Assembly (NCBI GenBank): GCA_026418075.1 | Contig: JAOACA010000002.1 | Coordinates: 1 to 63,853, forward strand | DNA: 63,853 nt | DNA from: Candidatus Bipolaricaulota bacterium | Lineage (GTDB): Bacteria > Bipolaricaulota > Bipolaricaulia > Bipolaricaulales > Bipolaricaulaceae | Direction of reading: 5' to 3' | Shown: positions 19,671-29,337 of the stretch, one piece after another | Layout: each line of letters opens with the position of its first letter | How positions within the stretch are numbered: the first letter of the stretch is position 1 | The notes under the pieces: model-generated | Told to the model about the DNA's origin: nothing | The model's database searches: none | What the model saw: the letters and a program-made list of their open reading frames with translations, nothing else | Program-made: the position numbers and the translations under genes

Positions 19671-20095
19671 CCTCCCTGCGGGTCGGCGACCTCGCCTTCG
19701 GCAAGGTCCTCGAGCTTCAGCCCACCGGCGCCCTGGTGGGGCTCCCCACCGGGGAAGTCGGGTTCCTCCACCTCTCGGAGGTCCCCGACGGGGCGGGGGG
19801 AAGCCTCGTCCCAGGACAGGAACTCCTCGTCAAGGTCATCGGCCTGGACCGGCTCGAGCGGCTTGCCCTCTCCGTGCGCCGGGTCACGGACGAGGACCGG
19901 GACGCGATGGCCTACCACCGGGAGGCGGTGGAGTTCCGCTCCGCGCTCGCCTCCCGTCCGCTCACCGCCCCCCCACCCCCAGAGGAGCGCCTGGAGTGGC
20001 GGCTCCAGCGCTGGCTGAAGACGGCGGAGGGGGCGCTGGGACGGCTGCGCCGCCGCCAGGCCGCCCGCACCTCCCAAAAGCTCAACCTCGACTAG
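19667..20095 (+). CDS. S1 RNA-binding domain protein (YugI/GSP13-like)
   Basis: GKV....GALV.L..GEVGFLHLSEV...GQELLVKVI...LALSVRR; GTG overlaps the rpmB stop. Confidence 0.8.
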   Translation: MTSLRVGDLAFGKVLELQPTGALVGLPTGEVGFLHLSEVPDGAGGSLVPGQELLVKVIGLDRLERLALSVRRVTDEDRDAMAYHREAVEFRSALASRPLTAPPPPEERLEWRLQRWLKTAEGALGRLRRRQAARTSQKLNLD

Positions 20096-20102
20096 GAGCC
20101 CG

Positions 20103-20342
20103 ATGCCCAAAGGAAAAGTCGTCGTCGACCCCGAGCGGTGCAAGGGCTGTGGGATCTGCGTCGCCACCTGCCCGTTTGGGGTCCTGGAGATGACCTCGAC
20201 CTACAACAGCTCCGGTTACCCCGTGGTCGGGGCTGCCTGCCCCGACAAGTGCACGGGCTGCGCCCTGTGCGCCCTGGCCTGCCCGGACATCGCCCTCGAG
20301 GTCTACCGCGAGGTGGGGGCGGGGGAGAGGAGGGGGGGATGA
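20103..20342 (+). CDS. 2x[4Fe-4S] ferredoxin, delta subunit of a 2-oxoacid:ferredoxin oxidoreductase
   Basis: CKGCGICVATCP and CTGCALCALACP. Confidence 0.92.
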   Translation: MPKGKVVVDPERCKGCGICVATCPFGVLEMTSTYNSSGYPVVGAACPDKCTGCALCALACPDIALEVYREVGAGERRGG

Positions 20343-21391
20343 CGGAGCGGCAGCTCATGACCGGAAACGAGGCGATGGCCGAGGCGGCGATCCGCGCCGG
20401 CTGCCGGACCTACTTCGGCTACCCCATCACCCCCCAGAACGAGATCCTGGAGTACATGGCCGCCCATCTGCCCGCGGCCGGAGGGGCGTTCGTCCAAGCC
20501 GAAAGCGAGGTCGCCGCGATCAACATGTGCTACGGGGCGTCCGCCGCCGGGGTCCGGACGATGACCTCTTCCTCCTCCCCCGGGATCAGCTTGAAGCTCG
20601 AGGGGATCTCGTACCTGGCGGGCGCGGACCTCCCCTGCGTGATCGTCAACGTGATGCGGGGCGGGCCGGGCCTGGGGAACATCGCCCCCGCCCAAGGGGA
20701 CTACTTCCAAGCCACCAAGGGCGGCGGCCACGGGGACTACCGGGTGATCGTCCTCGCCCCGTCCACGGTACAGGAGGCGGCGGAGCTCGTGGGGCTGGCG
20801 TTCGACCTCTCCGACCGCTACCGGGTCCCGGCGATGATCCTCGCCGACGGGATGCTCGGGCAGATGATGGAGCCCGTGGCCCTTCCCCCCCACCGGGATC
20901 CGGCGACCCTTCCTCCAAAGCCGTGGGCCCTCACCGGGGCCAAGGGCCGGGAACCCAACTACGTCGCGAGCTTCGCCCTCGACCCCAAAGACCTCCGGGA
21001 GCTCAACCTTCGCCGCCACGAGCGGTACCGGGAGATCGCGGCCCGGGAGGTCCGCTGGGAGGAGGTGGCCACCGAGGACGCCCACGTCCTCCTCGTCGCC
21101 TACGGGACGATGGGCCGGATCGCCAAGACCGTGGTCCGCCGGGCCCGGGGGGAGGGGCTCAAGGTGGGGCTGCTCCGGCCAATCACCCTCTGGCCGTTCC
21201 CCTACGCGCCGATTCGGGAGCTCGCCGCGCGGGTGCGGGCCGTCCTCACCGTGGAGCTCTCCGCCGGGCAGATGTGGGAGGACGTGCGGCTGGCGGTGGA
21301 GGGGCGGTGCCCGACCCCGTTCTACGGGGAGATGGGGGGCGTGGTCCCGACCCCCGACGAGGTCCTCGCGGAGGTGAAGCGCCTTGCCTAA
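20339..21391 (+). CDS. vorB: 2-oxoisovalerate (3-methyl-2-oxobutanoate):ferredoxin oxidoreductase VorB-type alpha subunit
   Basis: MTGNEAMAEAA, GYPITPQ, QAESEVAA, TSSSSPG, RGGPGLG, GGGHGDY. Confidence 0.85.
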   Translation: MTERQLMTGNEAMAEAAIRAGCRTYFGYPITPQNEILEYMAAHLPAAGGAFVQAESEVAAINMCYGASAAGVRTMTSSSSPGISLKLEGISYLAGADLPCVIVNVMRGGPGLGNIAPAQGDYFQATKGGGHGDYRVIVLAPSTVQEAAELVGLAFDLSDRYRVPAMILADGMLGQMMEPVALPPHRDPATLPPKPWALTGAKGREPNYVASFALDPKDLRELNLRRHERYREIAAREVRWEEVATEDAHVLLVAYGTMGRIAKTVVRRARGEGLKVGLLRPITLWPFPYAPIRELAARVRAVLTVELSAGQMWEDVRLAVEGRCPTPFYGEMGGVVPTPDEVLAEVKRLA

Positions 21392-22139
21392 GACGGAGAC
21401 GATGACGAAGGTCTTCGCCCGGCCCCGGAGCCTGACCGAGAAGAAGTTCACCTACTGCCCGGGGTGCCACCACGGGCTCATCACCCGGATCCTCGGGGGG
21501 GCGATCGACAAGCTCGGGATCCAGGAGCGGACGGTGGTCGTGGCCCCGGTGGGGTGCGCGGTGTTCGCCTACGAGTGGTTCCGCTGCGACGGGGTCCAGG
21601 CCGCCCACGGCCGGGCCGCGGCCGTGGCCACGGGGATCAAGCGGGCCAACCCCGACCTCGTAGTGATCTCCTACCAGGGGGACGGGGACCTCGCCGCAAT
21701 CGGAACCGCGGAGACGATCCACGCCGCCAACCGCGGGGAGGCGATCACCGTGATCTTCGTGAACAACCAGATCTACGGGATGACGGGGGGGCAGATGGCC
21801 CCCACCACCCTCGACGGCCAGGCCACCACGAGCTCCCCCCGCGGCCGCGACCCGGCGACGATGGGCCACCCCCTCCGGGTGGCGGAGATGATCGCCGCCC
21901 TCCAGGCCCCGATGTACGTCACCCGCCAGGCCCTCTACGACGCCAAGCACATCGCCCAGGCCACGCGGGCGGTGGAGAAGGCCCTCCGCTACCAGGTGGA
22001 GAAGCGCGGTTACTCCCTCGTGGAGATCCTCGCCAACTGTCCCACGGGGTGGAAGATGCCCCCGGTGAAGGCCAACGAGCACATCGCCGCCACGGTGACC
22101 GGGGTGTTCCCCCTGGGGGACCTCGTGGACCGGGGGTAG
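21384..22139 (+). CDS. 2-oxoacid:ferredoxin oxidoreductase TPP-binding beta subunit
   Basis: YCPGCHHG, PVGC, HGRA, YQGDGD, NN.IYGMTGGQ; alternative ATG at 21402. Confidence 0.9.
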   Translation: MPKTETMTKVFARPRSLTEKKFTYCPGCHHGLITRILGGAIDKLGIQERTVVVAPVGCAVFAYEWFRCDGVQAAHGRAAAVATGIKRANPDLVVISYQGDGDLAAIGTAETIHAANRGEAITVIFVNNQIYGMTGGQMAPTTLDGQATTSSPRGRDPATMGHPLRVAEMIAALQAPMYVTRQALYDAKHIAQATRAVEKALRYQVEKRGYSLVEILANCPTGWKMPPVKANEHIAATVTGVFPLGDLVDRG

Positions 22140-22141
22140 GG

Positions 22142-22717
22142 ATGGAGCGCTCGGTCGTGTTCGCGGGGTTCGGGGGCCAGGGGGTGCTCCTCGCGGGGAA
22201 GATCCTCGCCCGGGCGGCGATGGAGGAGGGGCTGGAGGTGACCTGGCTCCCCTCCTACGGGCCGGAGATGCGGGGGGGGACGGCGAACTGCACCGTGGTG
22301 ATCGCCGACGAGCCCATCGGGTCCCCGATCGTGGACCGGCCCGACGTCCTTTTGGCCATGAACGGGCCGTCCCTGGACCGGTTCGAGCCCCGGGTGGCCC
22401 CCGGGGGAACGGTCATCGTGAACCGGTCCCTCATCGAGCGCCCCTTGCGCCGGACGGACGTGAAGGGGGTGTACCTTCAGGCGAACGACCTCGCCCGGGA
22501 GCTTGGGGAGCCGCGGGCGGCGAACATGGTCGCCCTCGGGGCGGTGGTCCGGGCCCTCGGGGTGGTTCCCCTGGAGGCGGTCGGCCAGGCAATCGGGGAG
22601 GAGCTCGGGGCCAAGGGGCGGGAACGGCTGGTCGAGGTCAACCGCGCCGCCCTCGAACGGGGCCACCAGAAGAGCGGGGCCCCCCCCTCCCCACCCCACT
22701 TCTCCCGCCCCGGTTGA
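22142..22717 (+). CDS. 2-oxoacid:ferredoxin oxidoreductase gamma subunit
   Basis: AGFGGQG, PSYGPEMRGGTA, ANMVALG. Confidence 0.92.
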   Translation: MERSVVFAGFGGQGVLLAGKILARAAMEEGLEVTWLPSYGPEMRGGTANCTVVIADEPIGSPIVDRPDVLLAMNGPSLDRFEPRVAPGGTVIVNRSLIERPLRRTDVKGVYLQANDLARELGEPRAANMVALGAVVRALGVVPLEAVGQAIGEELGAKGRERLVEVNRAALERGHQKSGAPPSPPHFSRPG

Positions 22718-22743
22718 CACGGAGCCCATCGCCCTAGTATCAT
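22714..22743 (+). promoter_or_regulatory. Putative promoter for the secreted-protein/opp region
   Basis: Perfect TTGACA at 22714-22719, then TAGTAT or TATCAT at a 15 or 18 nt spacer. Confidence 0.45.
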
Positions 22744-22855
22744 CCCTCTGACTAACCCTAGCCCAAGAGAGGGGGTGAGAGGCGAGGCAACAACGAACGG
22801 GTAGCGGGTTCAGCGTGACGGGGCTACTTCGATCCATGTAGGGAGGAGGCTCTTT

Positions 22856-23251
22856 ATGAAGCAAATCGCGATGCTGTTGGGGCTCATCCTGGGTGTAGGG
22901 CTTCTTGCCGTTGCTCAGCAGTGTCCGCCACTTGGTTTGCCAGTGACAAGGGTTGATCCCCTGGATGCAGGGGGGTATCTCATCTGGATCCAGAACAACG
23001 CCAAGTGCCCGTACAACGAGTTCCGGATCGTCTTCCACGTGGACATCACCAGCCTGAAGGCGGTGGCCATCAACGGGACGGAGGTCGCCACCATCCGCGG
23101 TGAGGGCTCGGTGTGGATCGTGACGCTCAAGGATAAGGGCCTCAACCCCAACGGGTTCCTGCTGCTCAGCATCGCCGGGGTCAACCCGCCGGTCTCCGCC
23201 ACCTGCGCGGCCCTGGTGCGCGCGGTGTTCCCGGCCCCGCTGTGCAAGTAG
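22856..23251 (+). CDS. Secreted hypothetical beta-rich protein with 4 Cys
   Basis: GGAGGAGG SD; signal peptide MKQIAMLLGLILGVGLLAVA; coding-like GC3 pattern. Confidence 0.75.
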   Translation: MKQIAMLLGLILGVGLLAVAQQCPPLGLPVTRVDPLDAGGYLIWIQNNAKCPYNEFRIVFHVDITSLKAVAINGTEVATIRGEGSVWIVTLKDKGLNPNGFLLLSIAGVNPPVSATCAALVRAVFPAPLCK

Positions 23252-23310
23252 GAAAAGGAAGTTTCCGGCGCCCACGGGCGCCGTAAACAAAACAAAAGAG
23301 GAGGAGAGCA

Positions 23311-25782
23311 GTGAAGAAGCTTGTGGTGGCAGCGTTGCTGGTCACAGTGGCGTTCGCTGGCCTGGCTCAGCGGACGGGGGCGTGGGTGGACGAGGTCGTG
23401 TTCTTCGAGGAGCCGACCGCGGCCAAGGCCGTGGAGATGGTCCGCACCGGGGCCGCGGACGTCTACACCTTCGGCGTGAGCACCCCCGCGGTGGTGAAGA
23501 CGATCACCGAGACCGTGGGGTACGAGGTGTCCTACGGGTCCTACAACGAGATCACGTTCAACCCCTACGGCCCCGAGTTTGCCGACGGGCGCCTCAACCC
23601 GTTCGCCGTTCCGGCGGTCCGTGAGGCGATGAACTGGCTCATCGACCGGGACTACATCATTCAGCAGTTCTACGCCGGGGTGGCCGGGGTGGCCCGGTGG
23701 TTCCCCATCACCCCAAGCTTCCCCGACTACGCCAAGCTGGCCGACGTCGCCCGGAGGCTGGAGCTCCAGTACGGCTACAACCTGGAGAAGGCCCAGAGCG
23801 TGATCGCCGCGGAGATGCAGAAGCTCGGGGCAACCCTGGTGGGGGGCAAGTGGCACTACAAGGGGAAGCCGGTTGAGGTCATCTGCCTCATCCGCGTCGA
23901 GGACGAGCGGCGCCAGATCGGGGACTACGTGGCCGACCAGCTGGAGAAGATCGGGTTCGTTACCCGCCGCGACTACAAGACCGCGGCCGAGGCTTCCCCG
24001 ATCTGGATCTCCGGTGACCCCAAGCAGGGGCTGTTCCACGTGTACACCGGCGGTTGGGTGACCACGGTCGTCGACCGGGATCAGGCCGATAACTGGGACT
24101 ACTTCTACACCCCGCGCGGCCGGACCGACCCCCTGTGGCAGGCCTACAAGCCCGCTCCGGAGGCCGACCAGCTTTGGAACGCGTTGGCCATGGGGCAGTA
24201 CTCCACCGCCGAGGAGCGGCTGGCGATGATGGCCAAGGCGATGGAGCTGGGGCTCAAGGACTCGGTCCGGGTGTGGGTGGCTAACCGCGTCTCCTACTTT
24301 GCCCGGAACAAGAACCTCGCCGTGGCCTCCGACCTCGCCGGCGGTGTGTACGGGGCCTGGCTCTGGAGCCGCACCCTCAAGTGGAAGGACAAGGTCGGCG
24401 GGACAGTCCTCGCTGCCCAGGCGTCGATGCTCACCGAGCCGTGGAACGCCATCGCGGGCACGAACTGGATCTTCGACCAGATGATCATCCGCGGCGTCTC
24501 CGACTACGCCACCCTCCCCGACCCGTTCACCGGCCTCTACTGGCCCCAGAACGTGGAGAAGGTTGAGCTCACGATCGTCGAGGGCCAGCCCTCGTTCCTG
24601 ACCCTGGAGCTGGGGAAGGACTTCGGCGGCGGGCTCAAGGGATGGGTCACCCAGACCTTCGCCAAGGAGATCGTGGTCCCGGGTGACGCGTGGGCGGACT
24701 GGGACGCCAAGACCCAGACCTTCATCACCGCCGAGAAGCGGTTCGGCGGGAAGGTGACCGCCAAGTCTAAGGCCGTCGTGACCTACCCGGCGAGCGTCTT
24801 TGATCGGCTCTGGCACGACGGGTCGAAGATGAGCCTTGGGGACATGATCCTCTCCTTCATCCTCAACTTCGACCGGGCGAAGCCGGACAGCAAGATCTAC
24901 GACGCGGCCGCCGAGCCCGCGTTCAAGACGTTCATGGGCCACTTCAAGGGTCTGAAGATCCTCTCCACGTCCCCCAAGGTCGTGTTCGAAGTGTACAGCG
25001 ACCTTGTCTACCTCGATGCCGAGCTCACTGCTGCCTCCCGGGCCGGCTACCTCTGGCCCGCCTACGGGTTTGGGGTGTCCCCGTGGCACGGGCTCACCCT
25101 GGGGCTCCAGGCGGATGGGGACGGCAAGCTCGCCTTCGGGTCGGCCAAGGCCAAGGCCCGGGGGATTGAGTGGATGAGCTACATCGCCGGCCCGTCCCTG
25201 GCAGTCCTCAAGGGCTACCTCGACGAGAACGCCAAGACCGGCTACATCCCGTATGCCCCGACGCTGGGGAAGTACATCACCGAGGCCGAGGCCAAGGCCC
25301 GCTACGCCAACCTCCAGAAGTTCTACGCCACCTACGGTCACTTCTGGGTGGCCAACGGGCCACTGTACGTGGACAAGGTCGACACGGTGACGAAGACGAT
25401 CATCACCCGCCGGTTCGCGGGGTTCACCGACCTGGCCACGAAGTGGGAGGTGTTCGCCCAGCCGAAGGTCGCGGCGGTGAAGGTGACCGCACCGGCCACG
25501 GTGACCCGGGGCAGCCCCGCCACCTTCACGGTGGACATCACGTTCCAGGACAAGCCGTACGAGCTGGCCCAGCTTGACTTCGTCAAGTACATGCTGTTTG
25601 ACGGAGCGGGCAACTTCGTCGGGTCGGGGAACGCCGTCCCGGTGAAGGACGGGCAGTACAAGATCGAGCTCAGCGGGGACGTGACGCGGGGCCTCGCCGG
25701 CGCGTGCAAGATCGAGGTCGTCGTCGTGTCCAAGGTCGTGGGGATGCCGAGCTTCGCCAGCGTCTCGTTCGTGGTGAGGTAA
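23311..25782 (+). CDS. ABC transporter substrate-binding protein, family 5 (large oligopeptide-type)
   Basis: Signal peptide; NPF..PAVREAMNWLIDR, YNLEKA, IGDYVADQLEKIGF, WHDG; upstream of opp permeases. Confidence 0.9.
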   Translation: MKKLVVAALLVTVAFAGLAQRTGAWVDEVVFFEEPTAAKAVEMVRTGAADVYTFGVSTPAVVKTITETVGYEVSYGSYNEITFNPYGPEFADGRLNPFAVPAVREAMNWLIDRDYIIQQFYAGVAGVARWFPITPSFPDYAKLADVARRLELQYGYNLEKAQSVIAAEMQKLGATLVGGKWHYKGKPVEVICLIRVEDERRQIGDYVADQLEKIGFVTRRDYKTAAEASPIWISGDPKQGLFHVYTGGWVTTVVDRDQADNWDYFYTPRGRTDPLWQAYKPAPEADQLWNALAMGQYSTAEERLAMMAKAMELGLKDSVRVWVANRVSYFARNKNLAVASDLAGGVYGAWLWSRTLKWKDKVGGTVLAAQASMLTEPWNAIAGTNWIFDQMIIRGVSDYATLPDPFTGLYWPQNVEKVELTIVEGQPSFLTLELGKDFGGGLKGWVTQTFAKEIVVPGDAWADWDAKTQTFITAEKRFGGKVTAKSKAVVTYPASVFDRLWHDGSKMSLGDMILSFILNFDRAKPDSKIYDAAAEPAFKTFMGHFKGLKILSTSPKVVFEVYSDLVYLDAELTAASRAGYLWPAYGFGVSPWHGLTLGLQADGDGKLAFGSAKAKARGIEWMSYIAGPSLAVLKGYLDENAKTGYIPYAPTLGKYITEAEAKARYANLQKFYATYGHFWVANGPLYVDKVDTVTKTIITRRFAGFTDLATKWEVFAQPKVAAVKVTAPATVTRGSPATFTVDITFQDKPYELAQLDFVKYMLFDGAGNFVGSGNAVPVKDGQYKIELSGDVTRGLAGACKIEVVVVSKVVGMPSFASVSFVVR

Positions 25783-25806
25783 GCGTCTCCTCAACCTCAA
25801 CCGTCC

Positions 25807-25841
25807 AGGCCGCCGGGGGTTGATCCCCCGGCGGCCTTCTT
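25807..25841 (+). terminator. Strong hairpin after the substrate-binding protein gene (terminator or mRNA stabiliser)
   Basis: AGGCCGCCGGGGG-TTGAT-CCCCCGGCGGCCT followed by TCTT. Confidence 0.75.
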
Positions 25842-25906
25842 GTACCCTACCCCCTCGGCCCAGTTGGGGTCAGCCGCATGAGATCCTAGGGGCGAGGTGG
25901 AAAGCT

Positions 25907-26989
25907 ATGGACAACCTACGTCGGATCGGAAAGTACACGCTCCTGCGCGGGGTCCTGATCGTGATTACGGTGGCCATCGGGGTGTACCTCACGGTCATCA
26001 TCGCCACGATGGGGGGGTACATGGACAAGATCATGGCCTCCCAAATCCGCGAGCAGGTGGGGACGATTCTTCAGGGGAACGAGGAACTGCGCAAGCTTCC
26101 TCCCGCGGAGCTCAAGCTGATCATCGATCAGATGGTGGAGCAGCGGATGCGGGAGTACAACCTGCACACCCCGTGGATCGTCCGCAGCTTCCGCTACCTC
26201 GCCAACGCCCTCACCCTGAACCTAGGGATGGCCGAAAAGGTGTACAGCGACTCTGGCTCTCGCCAGGTGCGGCTGATCTTGACCGAGCGTCTCCCCGCCA
26301 CGCTTCTCCTCATGGTCACCGCCAACCTGATCGTGTTCTTCAGCGCCCTGTTCACCGCGCTGGTCCTGTCCCGCCACTACGGAAGCCCCCTGGACCGGGC
26401 CGTGGTGGCCCTCTCTCCGACCTCGGCAGCTCCGGCGTGGTTTTACGGGATCTTTCTCATCTTGATCTTTGCCTCGGTGCTCCGAGTCCTGCCGTACGGG
26501 GGTATGGTGAGCATCCCGCCCCCCAAGGAACCTTTGGCCTACGCGCTGTCGGTCCTTAAGCACCTAGTGCTCCCGGTGAGCGCGTGGTTTTTGGCCGGCA
26601 TCTTCTCCAGCGTCTACTACTGGCGAACGTTCTTCCTGATCTACTCCAGCGAAGACTACGTGGAGATGGCCAAGGCCAAGGGGCTTTCCTCCCGAGCCAT
26701 CGAGCGGCGGTACATCTTGCGCCCGACCCTGCCCCCCATCATCACCAGCTTCGGCCTCATGCTCATCACCACCTGGATGGGGGCCATCATCCTAGAGAAC
26801 GTGTTCACCTGGCCGGGGTTGGGTCGCCTCCTCCAGATGGCGATCAACCTCTACGACGCCCCGGTGATCGTGGGCGAGGTGGTCATCTATGCCTACCTCT
26901 TGGGAATCACCGTCTTTCTTCTGGACATCGCGTACGCGGCTTTGGACCCCCGGGTAAAGTTGGGGGCCGGGGGAAGGAGGCCGGCATGA
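25907..26989 (+). CDS. Oligopeptide/dipeptide ABC permease (OppB/DppB-like)
   Basis: ERLPATLLL, DYVEMAKAKGL (EAA loop), ENVFTWPGLG, DIAYAALDPRV. Confidence 0.92.
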   Translation: MDNLRRIGKYTLLRGVLIVITVAIGVYLTVIIATMGGYMDKIMASQIREQVGTILQGNEELRKLPPAELKLIIDQMVEQRMREYNLHTPWIVRSFRYLANALTLNLGMAEKVYSDSGSRQVRLILTERLPATLLLMVTANLIVFFSALFTALVLSRHYGSPLDRAVVALSPTSAAPAWFYGIFLILIFASVLRVLPYGGMVSIPPPKEPLAYALSVLKHLVLPVSAWFLAGIFSSVYYWRTFFLIYSSEDYVEMAKAKGLSSRAIERRYILRPTLPPIITSFGLMLITTWMGAIILENVFTWPGLGRLLQMAINLYDAPVIVGEVVIYAYLLGITVFLLDIAYAALDPRVKLGAGGRRPA

Positions 26990-28311
26990 AGGGACTGTGG
27001 GCCCGATTCCGAGAAATCCGGCGCTATCCCTCCGCGATCGTTGGCCTTTCGCTCATCGCCGTCCTCGCCGTGGTGTCCATCTACACCGTGATCAAGATCC
27101 CTTACCCTGAGGCGGTCCGCCTTTGGCGGGGGACGGGGGACGTATGGGGCGACAACCCCCGCAATGCTTGGCCGGTGTGGATCAACCTCCTCCCGGGGAT
27201 CAACCGTCCGACCACAATTGTCCGGCAAAGCGGCCCCTCCGGAACCAAACGCGTCTTCCCCAACGGGGACGTAGACATCACGTTCCAGTTCGACTACCCC
27301 TACGACGGCTTCCCCAAAGAACTCAACATCTTCTTCACCGCAGCCTACACCAAGCTCGTCCCCTACGTGACCGTCACCTGGGTATACCCCGATGGCCGAG
27401 AGGTTCTCCTGCGCCAAGGGGGGGTGAAAACCGAGCAGTACACGGTGGCAGCCGACAAGGCGCTTCAAGCCCGGCTTGGGGGGCTGTCCCCCGAAATCGG
27501 ACTCTTTGCCCAACCGGGGTCGAAGGATCGTCCCCAATCCCAAAAGGGGAAGTACCAGCTCCACATCAACGGGATCCTGTTCGAGCCAGAGTCTGACCTC
27601 GATGCCAAGCTGGTGATCTACGGCCAGGTCCACGGGCTGGCGGGGACCGATTCTCAGCGGCGGGACCTGACGTTGGCCCTCCTGTGGGGAACACCCATCG
27701 CGTTGGTGTTTGGCCTTGTTGCCGCCGTGGGGATCTCCATGAGCCAGTTCCTGTTTGGGGCCGTCTCCGCCTACTACGGGGGCAAAACCGACACCACCGT
27801 GCAGTTCATCACCCGGGTGAAAATGGTTCTCCCCACGCTCCCCATCTACATGATGATCGCCATGTTCTACTCCCGGAGTGTGTGGGTGATTCTGGGGGCT
27901 GTGATCATCCTAAACCTGATTGGAGGCGGGGTTCTCACCTACCGCTCGATGTTCCTCCAGGCCAAGGAATCCCCCTACATCGATGCCGCCAGGGCGTACG
28001 GGGCCTCCAACCGCCGGATTGTGCTCCGGTACCTTGTCCCCCGTGTGCTCCCTGTGCTCATCCCTGGGTTTGTAACTGCAATTCCAGCCTACGTCTTCCT
28101 TGAGGCTTCGCTTGCCTTTTTGGGGTTGGGCGACCCTAGTCTCCCCACCTGGGGCAAGATGCTCAACGAGTCTGGGATCGCCGCCCTCCTGCAGGGGCAC
28201 TATTACTGGGTGGTCCAGCCGGCAATCCTTCTGATGATCACGGGGTTTTCCTTCGCCCTCGTGGGGTTTGCCCTGGACCGCATCTTCAATCCAAGGCTGA
28301 GGACGCTATGA
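26986..28311 (+). CDS. Oligopeptide/dipeptide ABC permease (OppC/DppC-like) with large extracytoplasmic insert
   Basis: GTDSQRRDL, YIDAARAYGAS, EASLAFLGLG, PTWGKML, FNPRLR. Confidence 0.92.
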   Translation: MKGLWARFREIRRYPSAIVGLSLIAVLAVVSIYTVIKIPYPEAVRLWRGTGDVWGDNPRNAWPVWINLLPGINRPTTIVRQSGPSGTKRVFPNGDVDITFQFDYPYDGFPKELNIFFTAAYTKLVPYVTVTWVYPDGREVLLRQGGVKTEQYTVAADKALQARLGGLSPEIGLFAQPGSKDRPQSQKGKYQLHINGILFEPESDLDAKLVIYGQVHGLAGTDSQRRDLTLALLWGTPIALVFGLVAAVGISMSQFLFGAVSAYYGGKTDTTVQFITRVKMVLPTLPIYMMIAMFYSRSVWVILGAVIILNLIGGGVLTYRSMFLQAKESPYIDAARAYGASNRRIVLRYLVPRVLPVLIPGFVTAIPAYVFLEASLAFLGLGDPSLPTWGKMLNESGIAALLQGHYYWVVQPAILLMITGFSFALVGFALDRIFNPRLRTL

Positions 28312-29333
28312 GCGACATAACGGCAACGGCAAAGAACGAACAAGGGATGGTCAACGCCGTGGACTCCAAGGACGACTACCTCTTGCGGGTGAAGGATCTT
28401 TGCCTCCACTTTCGCACTACCAAGGGGATTGTCCAGGCGGTGGATGGGGTGAGCTTCGAGCTGAAGAGGCGCCGGTCGGTGGCCATCCTGGGGGAATCGG
28501 GATGCGGAAAGACCTCCCTTGCTCGGGCCATCCTCCGGCTTCTTCCGCGCAACGTCCACAAGTTCACGGGCGAGGTTTGGCTCAACGGAACGGACGTCAT
28601 GAAGATGTCCGATGAGTGGTTCCGACAGAACGTCCGATGGGTCAAGGCCTCGATGGTGTCCCAAGCCGCCATGAACGCCCTTAATCCTGTGCTCCGGGTA
28701 GGTTACCAGGTCGCAGAGCCTCTGATGATTCACCTCCACATGTCGAAAGAGCAAGCCCTGCAGCGGGCGCGGGAGATGTTTCGCTTGGTGGGGGTGCCGG
28801 AGGACTTTCTCCACCGCTACGCCTTTGAGCTGTCGGGGGGGATGCGCCAGCGGGCCATCCTCGCCATGGCCCTTGTGACCCGTCCCGACCTAATTGTCCT
28901 CGACGAGCCGACCTCGGCTTTGGACATGCTGACCCAGGCCAACATCTTCAACGCCCTCAAGGACATCAAGCGCCAGTTTGACGTGGGGTTTATCCTGATC
29001 ACGCACGACATCTCCACCTCCAGCGATCTCGCCGATGAGGTCATCATCATGTACGCGGGCCAACTGGTGGAACACAGTCTGGCCCAAACAGGGTATCGGG
29101 CTCCCCTTCATCCTTACGCCCGGGGCTTGATGGCCAGCGTTCCGACCCTGCGGGAGGACAAACGGCTCGAATTCATCCCGGGCCAACCCCCAAGCCTGAT
29201 CAGCCCACCTTCAGGTTGCCGGTTTGCCCCCCGGTGCCCTCAGCGGTTCGAGCGGTGCGCTCAGGAGCCCCCGACGTTCCGGGTAGGGGAGCATGGGGAA
29301 CTGGTGAAGTGTTGGCTGTACGCCAAGGATTAG
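28308..29333 (+). CDS. Oligopeptide ABC ATPase (OppD-like)
   Basis: GESGCGKT, LSGGMRQR, DEPTSALD, HPY, GCRFAPRC. Confidence 0.94.
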   Translation: MSDITATAKNEQGMVNAVDSKDDYLLRVKDLCLHFRTTKGIVQAVDGVSFELKRRRSVAILGESGCGKTSLARAILRLLPRNVHKFTGEVWLNGTDVMKMSDEWFRQNVRWVKASMVSQAAMNALNPVLRVGYQVAEPLMIHLHMSKEQALQRAREMFRLVGVPEDFLHRYAFELSGGMRQRAILAMALVTRPDLIVLDEPTSALDMLTQANIFNALKDIKRQFDVGFILITHDISTSSDLADEVIIMYAGQLVEHSLAQTGYRAPLHPYARGLMASVPTLREDKRLEFIPGQPPSLISPPSGCRFAPRCPQRFERCAQEPPTFRVGEHGELVKCWLYAKD

Positions 29334-29337
29334 GCCA

